A stretch of 64,000 nt of DNA from Promethearchaeota archaeon (GCA_016839705.1 JAEOTR010000017.1:1-64000), one strand, 5' to 3'; counted from the stretch's first letter, positions 19,853 through 31,113 are shown. Notes: generated by a model from the letters alone, not told the origin. A program made the numbers and translations.

Positions 19853-21808
19853 CTATTTCTTATTATTTCCGAATGTGAAAGCATTTATCTTTGAATCAAA
19901 TAATAATTTTAATTGTTTTTTTTCATTATTTTCATCGAAATGAAATTTTTGATTGAAAATAGATCCCCCATCAATTAAATTCTCAAATTTTCTGAAATAG
20001 TTAACCTTTTTTGTCAATGATAGTAGAGAGTTCTCTCTAATGATTCTGGAGGAATATCTATTTAAACCTTCCTCCCTACTTTTGATTTCACTATGCCATG
20101 AATCCTTTAGATAGTTGTCATCATGTGGTTGATTTAATATATATCTTTCATTTTCCTCTTCATTCTGTTCTTCAATAATTCTTCGCATTCCTGTAAAAAT
20201 TTCTAGGGCAAATTTTAAACTACTTTCTGTTCTGTCAAGTTCTATTCCACAATGATTTATAACAGCTTCATTTAAACCAAAAAAGCTGATCCCTTTTATT
20301 GATTCCTGAATTAAATTCTCTCTATGGCTTTTAAAAATTTCCGAGCTTAAAGTATCCCACTTCTTATTAAATTTTAATTTCTTTGTCACTAGATCTTTTT
20401 TATAATTGAATAGTTCAAAAACTAGATTTAGTTTATCTTGTAATAGTTCAAAAAATAAACCATCATTTTGATTTGCTTCCATTGAAATCATGTGCAAATT
20501 AATTAGAATCTTATCTAAGATGATCTCGTTGGACATTGGATTGTCTATCTTAATCAGTGTAGAATTCAGCAAATTTGAACATGAGTTATTGTAAATAATT
20601 ATATTTTGTCTTAGAGAATTCGATAGATGTTCAAATATTAAATTATTTTGTGAATAAAAATTAGCAAAGTCTGAGAAACCAAATTCTAATAATAGTCCCT
20701 TATTATTTGTATAATTGTTATTCAAAGAATCTAAAAATAATTTAGCAATGTGATTCACATTTTGAGATTTAAATTCTAAAGTTAAATGATGTTGATTATC
20801 TTGGAAATTTTCATTATATCTGTGCATTTGAGATGTCAGTAGGTTTATCAGATGAGTATTATTTTCTAGTCCATTGTATTTGAATAGAAAATTATTGTCA
20901 AAATCGCCCAATACTATATCTTCAGTAATATATTGCTTAATTTGATATAAAAAATCAAAAAGATTTAAAATTATATTAATAGAATCTTTCCTTTCAGTAA
21001 ATTGGTTTGATGAATTTGAATAATTATTGAATATGTATTCTAGTACGGTATCAGTTTTTATGTAGATGCTCAAGGGTCTTAAACTCCAATAGTTTAAATG
21101 AAGGAGGGCTATTTCTCCAGATAAATACAAATCGGCTAAATTCTTTGGAAGTAGATTCAATAATAAAAACTGCTCAGAAACATCTGAGCCTAATTTCTTG
21201 ATAAATTTATCTGGTGTAAATTCCTTTAAATTGAATAATTTAGATGCTTCATAAGGTGGTGTACCTAATCGAGTAAGCTTGTGCCTTACTTCCTCTAAAC
21301 CATTTTCTAATAAAATCGCATTTATATACTCACGCATCAATGGAGTAGTTAAATATTCAATATTTGTCCTAGCTAAGCGTTCTTCCACTTCATGAGCAAT
21401 TTTTCTAGCTAAAAACCGCTCCATTCTACCCTCAGTTATAAGATAATCTTCAATCTTGCTTGAATCAAAACTCTCTTTAGAATATTTTGAGGTTCTAATC
21501 ACTCGCGTTTTAGATTTATCTAGAAGGATTTGTTCGATTGATACAATATTCTCTAAAATTCGTTTCCCTAATTTAGTAATATAATAACCATATTCTGTTG
21601 AATTAATCAAATCGCATTTTTTTAATTCATTTAAATGAAATGAGAAATTAGGTGAAGAAAAATCACCTTCCAAAACATCTCTCTGAAGTTTTGAAAAGGA
21701 TAAAGGATTTTGAGAGTGGTTCAGCTTTTTCAAAATATCTATCCTTATCTTTTGACCTAATGTTTTTAATTGTTTTCCTAATAAATCCTTATTTTTGTCG
21801 GAATTCAC
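19853..21808 (-). CDS. ArsR-like wHTH + ATP-cone + degenerate class III ribonucleotide reductase (NrdD)-like domain
   Basis: RIDILKKL..LSFSKL..FSFHLNELKK..YYITKLG; VIRTS..FDSSKI..TTPLMREYINAILLE; LYLSGEI, ISFFGLNEAV, IDGGSI; no RxxGY. Confidence 0.8.
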   Translation of the reverse strand: MNSDKNKDLLGKQLKTLGQKIRIDILKKLNHSQNPLSFSKLQRDVLEGDFSSPNFSFHLNELKKCDLINSTEYGYYITKLGKRILENIVSIEQILLDKSKTRVIRTSKYSKESFDSSKIEDYLITEGRMERFLARKIAHEVEERLARTNIEYLTTPLMREYINAILLENGLEEVRHKLTRLGTPPYEASKLFNLKEFTPDKFIKKLGSDVSEQFLLLNLLPKNLADLYLSGEIALLHLNYWSLRPLSIYIKTDTVLEYIFNNYSNSSNQFTERKDSINIILNLFDFLYQIKQYITEDIVLGDFDNNFLFKYNGLENNTHLINLLTSQMHRYNENFQDNQHHLTLEFKSQNVNHIAKLFLDSLNNNYTNNKGLLLEFGFSDFANFYSQNNLIFEHLSNSLRQNIIIYNNSCSNLLNSTLIKIDNPMSNEIILDKILINLHMISMEANQNDGLFFELLQDKLNLVFELFNYKKDLVTKKLKFNKKWDTLSSEIFKSHRENLIQESIKGISFFGLNEAVINHCGIELDRTESSLKFALEIFTGMRRIIEEQNEEENERYILNQPHDDNYLKDSWHSEIKSREEGLNRYSSRIIRENSLLSLTKKVNYFRKFENLIDGGSIFNQKFHFDENNEKKQLKLLFDSKINAFTFGNNKK

Positions 21809-22205
21809 TTTACTTATAGAATTTAAACTAATTCTTTAAATCTGTTTATCTAAATTATAAGTTTATTAATTATATAAAAATTTGGAAATTCTTGAGTAAG
21901 TTGGTGGGAATTAGATAATATGTGGGTGATATAAGGAATAATTCTATAGAAAATAGAATAAATTCATAATCTCTTTATTATACTTAAAATCCTAAATTAC
22001 TAGATTTTTTGCTATATTATAAAATGAAATGGGAAATTTTTGAAGTAAATGATCTTCAATATTCACATTCTATGGAAGAGAATAATTCATTTCTGAAAAT
22101 CTTGCAAGGAAATTTAAGATTTTCAAAAAGTAGATAAATTCTATAAATTTATTTAAATCAAAATTTATTAATTAAATATAATTAGTAAAAAAATTATTAT
22201 ATCTC

Positions 22206-22829
22206 TTATCTAGCTGAAACAGCTATTCTCTCTATTTCATCTTTTCGTTTTACAGCCCTAGACTCTTGGCTATTCTTCGCAGCTAGAATTAGTTCTTGAG
22301 CCAAATTTTCTTCAAATAGATTTTCGTTCGCATGAGATTTTGAACCGATTGCTTGAGCTAAATACTTCAGGGCAAGGTCAACTCGTCGCTGGGGCGCGAT
22401 ATCCACTGCTGACGCGTAACTGATACCGCCCATCGCAATTTTGGTGGTTTCTTCTCGTGGTGCTGTATTAACAATTCCATCAATTAAAATCTGGATTGGA
22501 TTTTCTCCTGTCATAAGCTCAATTAAAATAAAAGCATTTTTTATACTCCTCAGTAATTTCCCTTTTTTACCAGAATTGTATGAGCTTTTATGACCCTTAA
22601 TACGGCTTCCGATAAACCCAGGAGAGAGTAATCTATTAGCAAATCGTTCAATAACAGATACTTTAGAGGATTTCCAAAATCTTCTATGTTCATGTCTCCC
22701 CGCAGAATGAGGAACTATAATAGGTTTTAAGTTAATATAATTTTGTAGTGTTGGATCTCTAACCTCGATGTTTTCAAAAGACCATTTATTAAATAGCTCT
22801 ACATCTTTCTTAGTTTTACTCATAATCAT
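22206..22829 (-). CDS. rps7: 30S ribosomal protein S7
   Basis: LFNKWS, PHSAGRH, APREETT, VDIAPQRRVD, KDEIERIA. Confidence 0.98.
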   Translation of the reverse strand: MIMSKTKKDVELFNKWSFENIEVRDPTLQNYINLKPIIVPHSAGRHEHRRFWKSSKVSVIERFANRLLSPGFIGSRIKGHKSSYNSGKKGKLLRSIKNAFILIELMTGENPIQILIDGIVNTAPREETTKIAMGGISYASAVDIAPQRRVDLALKYLAQAIGSKSHANENLFEENLAQELILAAKNSQESRAVKRKDEIERIAVSAR

Positions 22830-22840
22830 AACCTCCCCAT

Positions 22841-23278
22841 TTATCGCAACGGCTTTTCCTTTTTTCCGCTAAGAAGGGCTTCTAAACTCACCCCATTTAC
22901 CTTCACTACCCTGTAACGGACTCCTGGAAGATCTCCAATACTTCTGCCTTTTGCTCCACCGATCCCTTCTACTATAACCCGATCATGCTCTTCTATGAAG
23001 TTTAGCGCACCATCACCAGGCAAGAATGCTGTTACACCTTTCCCATTTTTTTTAAGTTGAATTCTTACACATTTTCGAATAGCTGAATTAGGTTGTTTAC
23101 TTTCTCGGCCAACCTTTTGAAGCACTATCCCAAGGGCTTGACAACTCCCTTCTAAAGGATCTACTTTCTGTTTTAGCTTGAGTATTCTTCTTTTATATTT
23201 AGTTTTTGACCATCGATATTTTTTCCGGTTAGTTTGAAGCTTTCTTGCTGCGTAAAGTCCTTTTGGCACTTTAATCAC
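22841..23278 (-). CDS. rps12: 30S ribosomal protein S12
   Basis: [23 protein letters not shown]. Confidence 0.98.
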   Translation of the reverse strand: MIKVPKGLYAARKLQTNRKKYRWSKTKYKRRILKLKQKVDPLEGSCQALGIVLQKVGRESKQPNSAIRKCVRIQLKKNGKGVTAFLPGDGALNFIEEHDRVIVEGIGGAKGRSIGDLPGVRYRVVKVNGVSLEALLSGKKEKPLR

Positions 23279-23439
23279 TCAATTTTTATTTATGATAATG
23301 TGAAAAAATACATGATAGAACTTAAAATTTTGGATACCACTCTATTTCTTAAAAACTAATATGCCATTATTCAGTTGGAAATAGGGTAAACATAATTTAA
23401 TAAATAGATAGGACCTCTTAAAGTAAAAAGAGAGCAATT

Positions 23440-23916
23440 TTAAATGTTTTTAGTATTTATAATTACGTTATCGACTTCGAAATATCTTAACACTAATTCC
23501 TTAATTTTTCTTATCATTGAACCTTCTTTACCAATAGCTTTTCCACGATCTTGAGGTCGTACAGTTATAATTACAGTTTTTTTTAAATTTCTACTTTCCT
23601 TTACTTCAATATCTTGTACAACAATAGAATTTTTGGTAGTTTGTAAGATATTTTGGATAAAGCGATCAAGGTTTTCTGAAAAAGCGATTACATCAATCTT
23701 TTTATTTAGTTTTGATTTTAAATCTTTGACGTGTTCACCTGCTTTTCCAATAGCTTTTCCAACGTCTTCTTCTTTTACTAAAAAAATAACTACTTCAGAA
23801 TTATACTCTTGATTCCTAAATATCAGGCAATCTTTAATAATGGCTCCTGAGATATTATTAAACAATGAAATAAGTTCCATGGATTCCCTATCAATCTTAA
23901 TATTTTTTTTTATCAT
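23440..23916 (-). CDS. nusA: Archaeal NusA (two KH domains)
   Basis: GKAIGKAG and GKAIGKEG; between L30e and S12. Confidence 0.95.
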   Translation of the reverse strand: MIKKNIKIDRESMELISLFNNISGAIIKDCLIFRNQEYNSEVVIFLVKEEDVGKAIGKAGEHVKDLKSKLNKKIDVIAFSENLDRFIQNILQTTKNSIVVQDIEVKESRNLKKTVIITVRPQDRGKAIGKEGSMIRKIKELVLRYFEVDNVIINTKNI

Positions 23917-23946
23917 CGAGATATCATTTATTATGTGTAATTAAAC

Positions 23947-24318
23947 TCAATGAGTTCTTAAAGTCAATAGATCTGAATCACCCTCTTGAACGACACCAAT
24001 AATAGAAATCATATAAGGTTTTGCACAAGCTAGGCCAAGATCCCAACTGGACCCTTTATATCTATAAATATAGGTTTTATCTTTCATGAGGGAAATATAG
24101 TAGTTTAGTTGGGTCTCTAATTCAGATGGACAATTATTTGCTATAATAATCATCTTAAAAGATTCATTTCGCAAATGTTTTAACACCTGCTTCTTACCAT
24201 ATATGAATTTTCCTGTATTCATTGCCACTTTCAAGTTAGTATCAATATCAAACTCTTTCTTTTTCTTACGAGACAGATCAAGTTTTTCTGCAACGTTTTT
24301 GCTTTTATTCTTTGCCAT
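23947..24318 (-). CDS. rpl30e: 50S ribosomal protein L30e
   Basis: TGKFIYG, IIANNCP, LGLACAKPY, GDSDL. Confidence 0.96.
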   Translation of the reverse strand: MAKNKSKNVAEKLDLSRKKKKEFDIDTNLKVAMNTGKFIYGKKQVLKHLRNESFKMIIIANNCPSELETQLNYYISLMKDKTYIYRYKGSSWDLGLACAKPYMISIIGVVQEGDSDLLTLRTH

Positions 24319-24414
24319 GGTATTTTCAATTTGTGTCTGTATAATTAAGTAATAATAATATTATAATTTTTAAGTTTTTTTCGGTGTTTTTTATTTATAA
24401 TTTCAAAAAGAGTT

Positions 24415-25611
24415 TTATTTCTTGTTTTGTTTCAATATTTCCAAATTTGCATCAAGATCAAACATGACGTTCACACGCCCAGTACCGATCGGGGATATCT
24501 GTCCCACAATAACATTCTCAGGAATACCCAAAAGGCGTTCTTCTTCCCCATAAAGCCCTGCATCAAGTAGTTGGTTAACTGTTACCTCGAAAGCAGCTCT
24601 GGCAAAAACACTGGATTTTGACCCAGAGATTCCATGTCGTCCAATAGATTGAATTGAGCCTGAATAGCACATTAGGTCTGATAAAATAAGTAAATGTCTC
24701 AAATCAACATCTAATCCTTGTTGTTCAAGAACTTTTTGAGATTCCAGTATTATTGTTTGACGTGCAGCTTCAATACCATATAATTTTTCTATTTCATGAA
24801 TATGATTTGAAACAGATCTAGTATCGTCTACACCATCAATTTGAGTTACACCTTGCAAATTGGTACCTTCAGTTTTAATTACCCATTCTTTACCATCATC
24901 AGAGGGTGTTAATAGTCCTCTTTTTACACCTCTGATACCCTTCACTACTTTTTTCAGAATTTTTTCTCTTAATTTTTGTAAGCTCTGCAAATCTTCTATT
25001 CCTGGATCAATAATTATAGAATTTCCTTCACGTTTTATTGTCCCTTTCTTCTTATAACGTTTTAAAATTTCAGGGATATCATTAATATCAATTCCTTTTC
25101 TTTCGCAAATTTCTGGGATCAAATTAACAACAATCTGCCAATTTACAAAATCTAAGTCTACATCAGAGATTATCTGTTCTATCCGAATTTGTTCTATTCG
25201 GTTATGAACTTCTATGGCTTTTTCCTCAGTTTCATTATATTCGTCAATTAGATATACTTCCATTGCTGGTGTCGATGGAAATCGTCTAGCATCAACAATT
25301 TCGATTAGTCGTGGCAACCCTTGAGTAACTGAAAATTCTTCTACTCCTGCGTAATGAAATGTCTTCAATGTCATTTGAGTTCCTGGTTCACCAATCGATT
25401 GTGCTGCAACTGTACCCACTGGTTCTGAAGTTTCTACAAGTGCATTATTATAATTAATAAAAATTTTATTTAGTAGATACTCTAGTTGTTCTTTTTCGAG
25501 TTCCTCATCTTTTATTTTATCTCGAATTTTTTCAATCAAATCTTCAGGAATCCCATCTTTCTTCATTATCTCTAATTGCTGTTCTAAAAATTGTGAAGTT
25601 ATTTTTGCCAT
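24415..25611 (-). CDS. rpoA2: RNA polymerase subunit A'' (Rpo1C)
   Basis: [42 protein letters not shown]. Confidence 0.98.
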   Translation of the reverse strand: MAKITSQFLEQQLEIMKKDGIPEDLIEKIRDKIKDEELEKEQLEYLLNKIFINYNNALVETSEPVGTVAAQSIGEPGTQMTLKTFHYAGVEEFSVTQGLPRLIEIVDARRFPSTPAMEVYLIDEYNETEEKAIEVHNRIEQIRIEQIISDVDLDFVNWQIVVNLIPEICERKGIDINDIPEILKRYKKKGTIKREGNSIIIDPGIEDLQSLQKLREKILKKVVKGIRGVKRGLLTPSDDGKEWVIKTEGTNLQGVTQIDGVDDTRSVSNHIHEIEKLYGIEAARQTIILESQKVLEQQGLDVDLRHLLILSDLMCYSGSIQSIGRHGISGSKSSVFARAAFEVTVNQLLDAGLYGEEERLLGIPENVIVGQISPIGTGRVNVMFDLDANLEILKQNKK

Positions 25612-25644
25612 TTCCTATCTCTCAGGTTATTTTATTTTATTTAA

Positions 25645-28596
25645 TTATCCTAATTTTTCTTTTTTCCAATCTATATAATTCTTAGTTTCTTTTCCTCTCC
25701 AAATAGCTTTTTTTCCGGAGTCTTCCTCAAATTGCTTTATTAAATCATCTTCATTAATATCTGATTCTTCTTTTTTTGTAATAGTTTCTTTTTTAGGCTT
25801 TTTCTTGGTAGGAGCTACTTTTTTGGGTTTTGCTTCAGATGGCTTCTCTACTTTGGGAGTAGACTTTTTGGTACTTGACACTACTTTTAGTTCTTCATGA
25901 ATTTTGTCTAAATTCATTGCTTTCGCTTTTAGCAATAAAACATCTAAATTTACTGCTGCACCATGATCAGTGTGCATTGCATCAATGCCATCATCGCCAA
26001 ATCTAAATTGAATAATATTTTTATCGGAATTCCTAACTGTGCCGTCATTTTCTACAACCATATCCTGCAAAGCATTTACTAATCTTCGCTGCATGTATCC
26101 ACTTTGAGAAGTTCTCACTGCTGTATCTACAAGCCCTTCTCTTCCGCCCATAGCATGAAAAAAGAATTCCACCGGCTTTAATCCATTCCTAAAAGATGAA
26201 GATACAAAACCTCTGGATTTTGGTGAAAGATCATCAACTTTAAAATGCGGTAAAGTTCTACTACTATAACCTCTATTAATTCTTTCACCCCTAATCACTT
26301 GTTGACCTACCGTTGCTGACATTTGTCCTAAATTTAAGATATTCCCCCTTGCACCAGATTTAGTCATGATAACGGAATGTGCTTCATCTCCAATGAAGTC
26401 AGCTGCAGATTCCTCTGCCTTCATACGTGCCTCTGTTAATACTTGTCGAATTCTTAATTCTAAAGTTTCTCTCATTGATCGTCCAGGAGCTCTTTTAAGA
26501 ACAGTAATATCATTCTTATGAAAAGCCTTAATCAGTTTTTCAGACTCATCATTTGCTTCTTCTAAAATATCTTGAATTATTTGATAAGCATGACCATGTA
26601 CATAAACTTCATCTAATCCCATTGTTATTCCATTTTTTCTAATGACATATAATAACATTTTGGTAGAACTATCCAAAAATTGCCTACCACGAGCATTTCC
26701 ATGATCTTTAATAATTCGTGCAAGAATACTGTTCGGTTGCATAGCACCATAAGAATTTTCATCTAATGTTCCAGTTATCAACTTTCCATTTCTAATTACG
26801 ACATATGCATCATAAGAACAATTTTCTTCTTTACACACATCACATTTTTCACAAAATTTTGATTTTACTTTTATGTTTAAATCGTCTGGGAACAAACTGC
26901 TAAATATCGCTTTTCCAGAATATAACGGTTCTGGTTCAGTGACTATTGGAGTTAAATCATCTAAACTGAAATCAGGATTATTATTGAATATGTCTCCCGT
27001 ATACAATAACTTTAATGTATCCTTTTTATTAAAAAGAGAATTTTTGCTCGTAAATTGATAAACACTTGAAATAAAATCTTGAATTCCCCCAAGAATTGGA
27101 CCTCCAAACCGGGGAGATAATATATGATTCTGTACTTTAAGAAGCAATTCTGCTTCAGTTCGAGCTTCCTCACTTTGAGGTACATGTAAATTCATTTCAT
27201 CCCCGTCAAAATCAGCATTGTATGGAGGGCATACAGTTAAATTCAATCTAAACGTCCTCCCATACATAATTTTTACTTCGTGTGCCATAATAGACATCCT
27301 GTGTAAGGAAGGCTGACGATTAAATAATACCAAATCTCCCTCATTTAAATGGCGTTCGACGGTGAATCCTGGCGCTAACATATCAGCAATGATTTTTCGA
27401 TTTTTAACATAGCGGAGATCAATTCTTCTACGATCATTTCGTATGATATAATTGGCTCCAGGGTGGTGAAAGGGGCCATTTAAGACCATTTGCTTCATCT
27501 CTTCAATATTCCAATCATTAACATTAGTCGGTATGGTTAAGATCTTCGCTATTTCTATAGGTACACCTACATCGTTAATGCTTATATACGGATTTGGTGA
27601 AATTACACTTCTCGCAGAAAAATCGACTCTTTTACCGCTTAAATTACTTCTAAACCGGCCTTCTTTTCCTTTTAATCTTTGAGTTAATGTTCTTAGTGCT
27701 CTTCCTGAACGATGTCTTGCTGGTGGGATACCAGAAACTTGATTATCAAAATATGTAGTAATATGATATTGAAGTAATTCCCAAAGATCTTCTACAATTA
27801 GATGAGGTGCGCCAGCATCAATATTTTCTCTTAACCTTTGATTAATTCTTATAACATCTACTAATTTATGAGTTAAATCATCTTCTGACCTAATACCACT
27901 GTCCAATGTAATTGAAGGTCGTGCACATACGGGAGGAATAGGTAATACAGTAAATACCACCCATTCAAGCCTTGCATTCTCTGGTGAAATACCTAAGATT
28001 CTCAAATCAATATCGGACATTTTTTTTAATCGTTCTAAAATTTCAATAGGTGTTATTCTACGAGACCCTTTCCCTTCTTCCTCTTCATAAAAAGTGGTTG
28101 GTTTTTCAATAATAATTTTCTTTTTCTTACCACCACAATATGGACAATTTTTATTCTTCCGAGCACGCTTGAATACAATTTTAGCAGCATCCTCATCACC
28201 CTCAAAAAATATTTTTCTGTGTTTCACCTGTTCTTGCCTAAATTGCTCCTTTTCCTCTTCTGTGAGCATTAATCGAGAACATTCAGGACATATAGATCTT
28301 AGAACTTTAAGTACTTTTTTCGCATACCCTACATGAATTACAGGCCGGGCTAACTCAATATGGCCAAAGTGACCCATACAATTACTAACTAAATTACCAC
28401 ATGTCTGACAGCGCTGTCCTGGTTCAATAGTACCAAGTCTTTGATCCATAAGCCCACTCGGAATCGGGAGACCATCCTCATCATATGTATCTGCTGTGAT
28501 AATACGAGCAGCAGACATTTTTCTTATCTCATCTGGGCTTAAGAGCCCAAATTTGATTTTTTCTATCATTTTGGTTCTTGAAAAAGTATAACTCAT
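25645..28596 (-). CDS. rpoA1: RNA polymerase subunit A' (Rpo1N) with C-terminal extension
   Basis: GHFGHIEL, GKRVDFSAR, NADFDGDEMN, GGREGLVDTAVRT. Confidence 0.99.
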   Translation of the reverse strand: MSYTFSRTKMIEKIKFGLLSPDEIRKMSAARIITADTYDEDGLPIPSGLMDQRLGTIEPGQRCQTCGNLVSNCMGHFGHIELARPVIHVGYAKKVLKVLRSICPECSRLMLTEEEKEQFRQEQVKHRKIFFEGDEDAAKIVFKRARKNKNCPYCGGKKKKIIIEKPTTFYEEEEGKGSRRITPIEILERLKKMSDIDLRILGISPENARLEWVVFTVLPIPPVCARPSITLDSGIRSEDDLTHKLVDVIRINQRLRENIDAGAPHLIVEDLWELLQYHITTYFDNQVSGIPPARHRSGRALRTLTQRLKGKEGRFRSNLSGKRVDFSARSVISPNPYISINDVGVPIEIAKILTIPTNVNDWNIEEMKQMVLNGPFHHPGANYIIRNDRRRIDLRYVKNRKIIADMLAPGFTVERHLNEGDLVLFNRQPSLHRMSIMAHEVKIMYGRTFRLNLTVCPPYNADFDGDEMNLHVPQSEEARTEAELLLKVQNHILSPRFGGPILGGIQDFISSVYQFTSKNSLFNKKDTLKLLYTGDIFNNNPDFSLDDLTPIVTEPEPLYSGKAIFSSLFPDDLNIKVKSKFCEKCDVCKEENCSYDAYVVIRNGKLITGTLDENSYGAMQPNSILARIIKDHGNARGRQFLDSSTKMLLYVIRKNGITMGLDEVYVHGHAYQIIQDILEEANDESEKLIKAFHKNDITVLKRAPGRSMRETLELRIRQVLTEARMKAEESAADFIGDEAHSVIMTKSGARGNILNLGQMSATVGQQVIRGERINRGYSSRTLPHFKVDDLSPKSRGFVSSSFRNGLKPVEFFFHAMGGREGLVDTAVRTSQSGYMQRRLVNALQDMVVENDGTVRNSDKNIIQFRFGDDGIDAMHTDHGAAVNLDVLLLKAKAMNLDKIHEELKVVSSTKKSTPKVEKPSEAKPKKVAPTKKKPKKETITKKEESDINEDDLIKQFEEDSGKKAIWRGKETKNYIDWKKEKLG

Positions 28597-28978
28597 ATGC
28601 TAATTCCCTCAACAATAATATTAGTAAATAACTTATTCAAAGAAGAAGACTTCATCGGAGAAAACATCCTCTAAACTGATTGTAAATTGCTAATTTTAAA
28701 AAATAAGATAGTGACTCTTCCACTGTATGTAGAATATGATAGCAAATAATAAAAATTTTATCATTTTCAGCGTTTTTAATTTTAGACAGACTTTTAACAT
28801 TTAATCCAACTAACGAATTATGTTTATATGACAATTGGTTTAACTATTAAAATTACCCCGTTGTATTTTGTCATTAATTTGAGTTTTTTCTTTTAATTGC
28901 ACTTAATAAATTTCTTCTTTTTTTTGAAGAAGATATTTAAAAGAGTTTAATTTTTGGATATAATTTAATTAATTAGCA

Positions 28979-29584
28979 ATGAAAGTAATAGATTTTTTCA
29001 GAAGTAGAATTGTACTCTTTATTATCCAGATTCTAATTTTGAGCTTATTTATTTACATCTTTAGTTATAACGTTGATATTAATTTTGATAGTGATGTCAC
29101 TATCCCTCAAGAATTAATTATACAATTCATTGCTAATTACGTCTTATTTAGAAATCCTTCTGGGATGTTCTTCATGTATTTTAGCTGGATTGCGGTATCC
29201 TTCATTCCTGACTTACTTCAAAATGATTTCAAAAGAACTTACTCCACAAATTTAACAACACTTTTTTTTCCAAATTTCTTTGTATACACCTTTTTATATA
29301 GGTATTCAGAGAACTATTTTAGTTCCAATTTTCTATTTCATTTATTACATACAATTCTAATTGGATTAATAATCACATTTATTTCATTTGTAATTTCCTT
29401 ATCTCTTAAGAAGATCAAGAAAGTTAAAACTGATGCTCAATTAGAAAATTTGCAAATTGTAGCTAATAAAATTAGATCAAAATGCCCACACTGTGGCACT
29501 GAATTTGATTCTACACCCACTTTTTGTTATAATTGTAATTCTAAAATAACACTAAAACCAGAGGAAAATGTTGAATTCAGATAG
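28979..29584 (+). CDS. Membrane protein (~4 TM) with C-terminal zinc ribbon
   Basis: Hydrophobic segments then CPHCG...FCYNC; overlaps next gene. Confidence 0.75.
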   Translation: MKVIDFFRSRIVLFIIQILILSLFIYIFSYNVDINFDSDVTIPQELIIQFIANYVLFRNPSGMFFMYFSWIAVSFIPDLLQNDFKRTYSTNLTTLFFPNFFVYTFLYRYSENYFSSNFLFHLLHTILIGLIITFISFVISLSLKKIKKVKTDAQLENLQIVANKIRSKCPHCGTEFDSTPTFCYNCNSKITLKPEENVEFR

Positions 29585-31037
29585 TAATCAATCTTTAGAA
29601 CTTCTGTTTAAACCTAGAAATGTTGTCATTTATAGAACAACCGATGCAGTAAGTAATTTCATAAAGGGATTTAAAAGACAAGAATTTGATTTAAATAACA
29701 TATATCTAATTTCTCCAAAACTAGATGAATTTATGGGAATAAAATGTTATAAATCTATAGATGATATTCCCATAGAAACTATTGATCTTTTAATATTGTC
29801 AATTAGAAGAGATCTCTTAATTCAATCTTTACAAGAAATTCTTTCAAAGAAAAAAGTAAAATTCATTGACATCTTTACGGCAGGAACGGGAGAATTTGAT
29901 GATATTGGTTCAGAAATTGAACGAAAAATAAAAGAGATACTAGATGAATATAAAACTACCAGAAGTATCGGACCAAACTGTATGGGAATTTATAGTCCGC
30001 GTGGTAAAACGGCATACTATTCATCTTTTCCTGTCGAACTTGGAAATATAGGATTAATTTTTCAATCTGGAGACCTACATTCAAAAACTATCAAATTTGG
30101 GTCTCGTAGGTATAATCTACGGTTCTCAATTGGTGTAAGTATAGGTAATTGTGTAGACCTCCAAATTTCTGATGTTCTAGAGTATTTAGACAATGATAAA
30201 GATACCGATGTCATTTGTGTATATTTTGAAGGTATTTCTCCTCTTCATAGAACTGAAGGTAAAAGATTATTAGATGTTTTAAAATCTATGAAAAAGCCAG
30301 TTTTATTTATGAGAGGAGGGAAAACGGAGAGAGGTCAAAAAGCAGTTTTATCACACACGGGATCTATGGCAACAAATGAGAAAATTTGGAATGCTGTATT
30401 TAAACAAACGCCTACTATTGAGGTTCCTTCTTCTTTGGATGAAATGATTGATTATGCGTACCTATTTTCTTTTTATATTGATCGGTTTAAAAAATTAGGA
30501 AAGGAAGTCATCTATCCAGAAAATAAGCGTTCCTTAATCATACTATGGTCAGGTGGATTTGGGATTTTAGCAACTGATTATCTAATAGAAATGGGACTTG
30601 AAGTTCCGCATTTTGAAGGTGAGGTTTTAGAAAAGCTTAAGAATATTTTTAATATAAGAGTTGGAAGTTTAGCAAATCCATTAGATTTACCATTTGTAAC
30701 TTACCAAAAAGAACTTGCAGAGGTCACGAAGGCTGCCTCAGATGAGGATATCAATTTGGTGTTACTAGAAACAGATGCCTGGAAAAATATTGAAGGTAAA
30801 CGATTTAAAGGGTATTATAATAACTTATTAGAAATCAGAAATTACGTAGAAAGCCAAAATAAAATATTTATGATAATTCTACATCAATACCCTAGTGAAT
30901 CTCGTAGAATATTTATAGATATGCTTCTTAAAGATGAATTCCTTGTTTATCCCTCTCTTGAGGCTGCAGCTAAATCATATCTAAAATTGTATGAATACGG
31001 GAAGAAAGCAATAGAATTTGGTAAATTTAATAATTAA
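29568..31037 (+). CDS. NDP-forming acyl-CoA synthetase alpha-type subunit (no ATP-grasp)
   Basis: LFKPRNV, IGPNCMG, QSG, VSIGN, SHTGS phospho-His, NPLDL. Confidence 0.88.
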   Translation: MLNSDSNQSLELLFKPRNVVIYRTTDAVSNFIKGFKRQEFDLNNIYLISPKLDEFMGIKCYKSIDDIPIETIDLLILSIRRDLLIQSLQEILSKKKVKFIDIFTAGTGEFDDIGSEIERKIKEILDEYKTTRSIGPNCMGIYSPRGKTAYYSSFPVELGNIGLIFQSGDLHSKTIKFGSRRYNLRFSIGVSIGNCVDLQISDVLEYLDNDKDTDVICVYFEGISPLHRTEGKRLLDVLKSMKKPVLFMRGGKTERGQKAVLSHTGSMATNEKIWNAVFKQTPTIEVPSSLDEMIDYAYLFSFYIDRFKKLGKEVIYPENKRSLIILWSGGFGILATDYLIEMGLEVPHFEGEVLEKLKNIFNIRVGSLANPLDLPFVTYQKELAEVTKAASDEDINLVLLETDAWKNIEGKRFKGYYNNLLEIRNYVESQNKIFMIILHQYPSESRRIFIDMLLKDEFLVYPSLEAAAKSYLKLYEYGKKAIEFGKFNN

Positions 31038-31113
31038 TATCCTTATTGAAATTTTTTATATTTTAATCTCTTTGAATACAAAACAATTTATGTTTGTTTT
31101 AATTTTATAATAA

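Noticed and set aside
22024-22137. 37-aa ORF MKWEIFEV... downstream of rps7
   Set aside because: No motif; length expected by chance
21809-22205. AT-rich gap (also 28597-28978) as a replication origin or ncRNA
   Set aside because: No ORB-like repeats, no cdc6/orc1 neighbour, no GC-rich structured segment
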